Origin: Somniosus microcephalus
Lineage: Eukaryota
Direction of reading: 5' to 3'
NCBI GenBank assembly: GCA_052327205.1
Contig: CM126220.1
Span: forward strand, 28,210,001-28,274,000
Length of the DNA stretch: 64,000 nt
In this document: positions 63,208-64,000 of the stretch, one piece after another
Layout of the letters: each line of letters begins with the position of its first letter
Numbering within the stretch: position 1 is the stretch's first letter
Position numbers and translations under genes: made by a program
The notes under the pieces: model-generated
What the model was told of the DNA's origin: nothing
Database searches by the model: none
The model's input: only the letters and a program-made list of their open reading frames with translations

Positions 63208-63854
63208 GTATGCAGAGCAGCACTGCGGGACAGTGCGATTGTGTGTCATTATATGTATAGTTCAGATTCCTATTCATTCTAATACAGAGGTGTATTGGTA
63301 TGTGCCGGTGGTGAAATATGCTACCTTACTGATTGGAGATGTTACTAACAAATTCTTGAGACTGCTGGTAACGCGAGATGAGGTTCAGCATGTACGTGAT
63401 GATGACCTAAAGCCACAGGTACCAGTGTGGGCCTTCCATTACCTGCGGCTTTAGGTCATCATTCGGTACAACAACAATTTATTGATGACAACATCACCAG
63501 TAGCCATTCAGTGTGTACATCCTCACCATCATGGCTCAATGTGGCATCTCCTACTCAAACTCATTCTTTCCCATGGCCTGAAGATGGTAGAACTCCACAC
63601 AGCCCCATCTCCCCCCCCCCCCCCCCCCCCCCCCCCCGGTCTTCCTCTTGCAGGATTAGGTCTTTTATACCATTTAACAGCTTCCGTTATTTATTTATTT
63701 TTTATATTTAATTTAAAAATGAATCCTACCATTTATTGCCATGTACTGTGACTGAGGTAATATCTCTGTCTTTTGCAAAGATACACATGGTTTGATGGGA
63801 ACATTGTAACTGTGAGATTTATTGGACTTATAAATGTTGACTTTTAGGAGTTCC

Positions 63855-64000
63855 CTTGCCTGGCGCACTACTGGGCCTTGCAGACCAGGAAGGTCCCAGG
63901 TTTGATCTCTGATCTGTGTTGAGTTAACTGATCTTAGCTGGGGCAGCAGTTGACGTGATGCAATTGGCCGCCAGGCTACTGAGCTATGGAGGAAAACATC
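63855..64000 (+). mobile_element. SINE-like fragment (LF-SINE-like tRNA head)
   Basis: gcagaccaggaaggtcccaggtttgatctctgatctgtgttgagttaactgatcttagctggggcagcagttg; resembles decayed pieces near 41770-41930(-). Confidence 0.5.

Noticed and set aside
63155-63454. ORF as a possible final exon of the C6orf89-like gene
   Set aside because: Would need an intron of only about 50 nt and lacks the expected continuation of the domain; the last exon is probably outside the window.
1-64000. Prokaryotic-type systems (CRISPR arrays, operons, retrons) or genuine tRNA/rRNA genes
   Set aside because: The window is intron-containing vertebrate DNA; no regularly spaced repeat-spacer array is seen, and the tRNA-like segments are SINE heads.

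Overview
Vertebrate nuclear DNA, most likely a cartilaginous fish (shark). This is inferred from the dense CR1, L2 and RTE LINEs, tRNA-derived Deu-domain SINEs and small DNA-transposon MITEs. Two host genes are supported on the + strand. (1) The last three coding exons and 3' UTR of GRK3/ADRBK2 (1448-1584, 13107-13220, 15630-15791), covering the PH domain and the ...HRNSNGL* end. (2) Six phase-compatible exons (53936-63207, running past the window end) of an unannotated type II membrane protein starting in a CpG island. It has a JmjC/cupin-like fold and resembles the C6orf89/BRAP family. Between them lies a young, intact Ty3/Gypsy LTR retrotransposon (44212-48573, - strand, one 1252-aa gag-pol ORF, 5-bp TSD) nested with a CR1 inside a hAT MITE. 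The Gypsy element has no tRNA primer-binding site. Instead, 13 nt at that position are perfectly complementary to the poly(A)-signal region of its own LTR, and its RT motif reads YLDN. Other signals: a dense cluster of RFX X-box-like motifs in the GRK3 3' UTR, and two Harbinger-like MITE copies bracketing the GRK3 terminal exon. Most short ORFs in the track are repeat-derived or spurious. Boundaries of old repeats are approximate.
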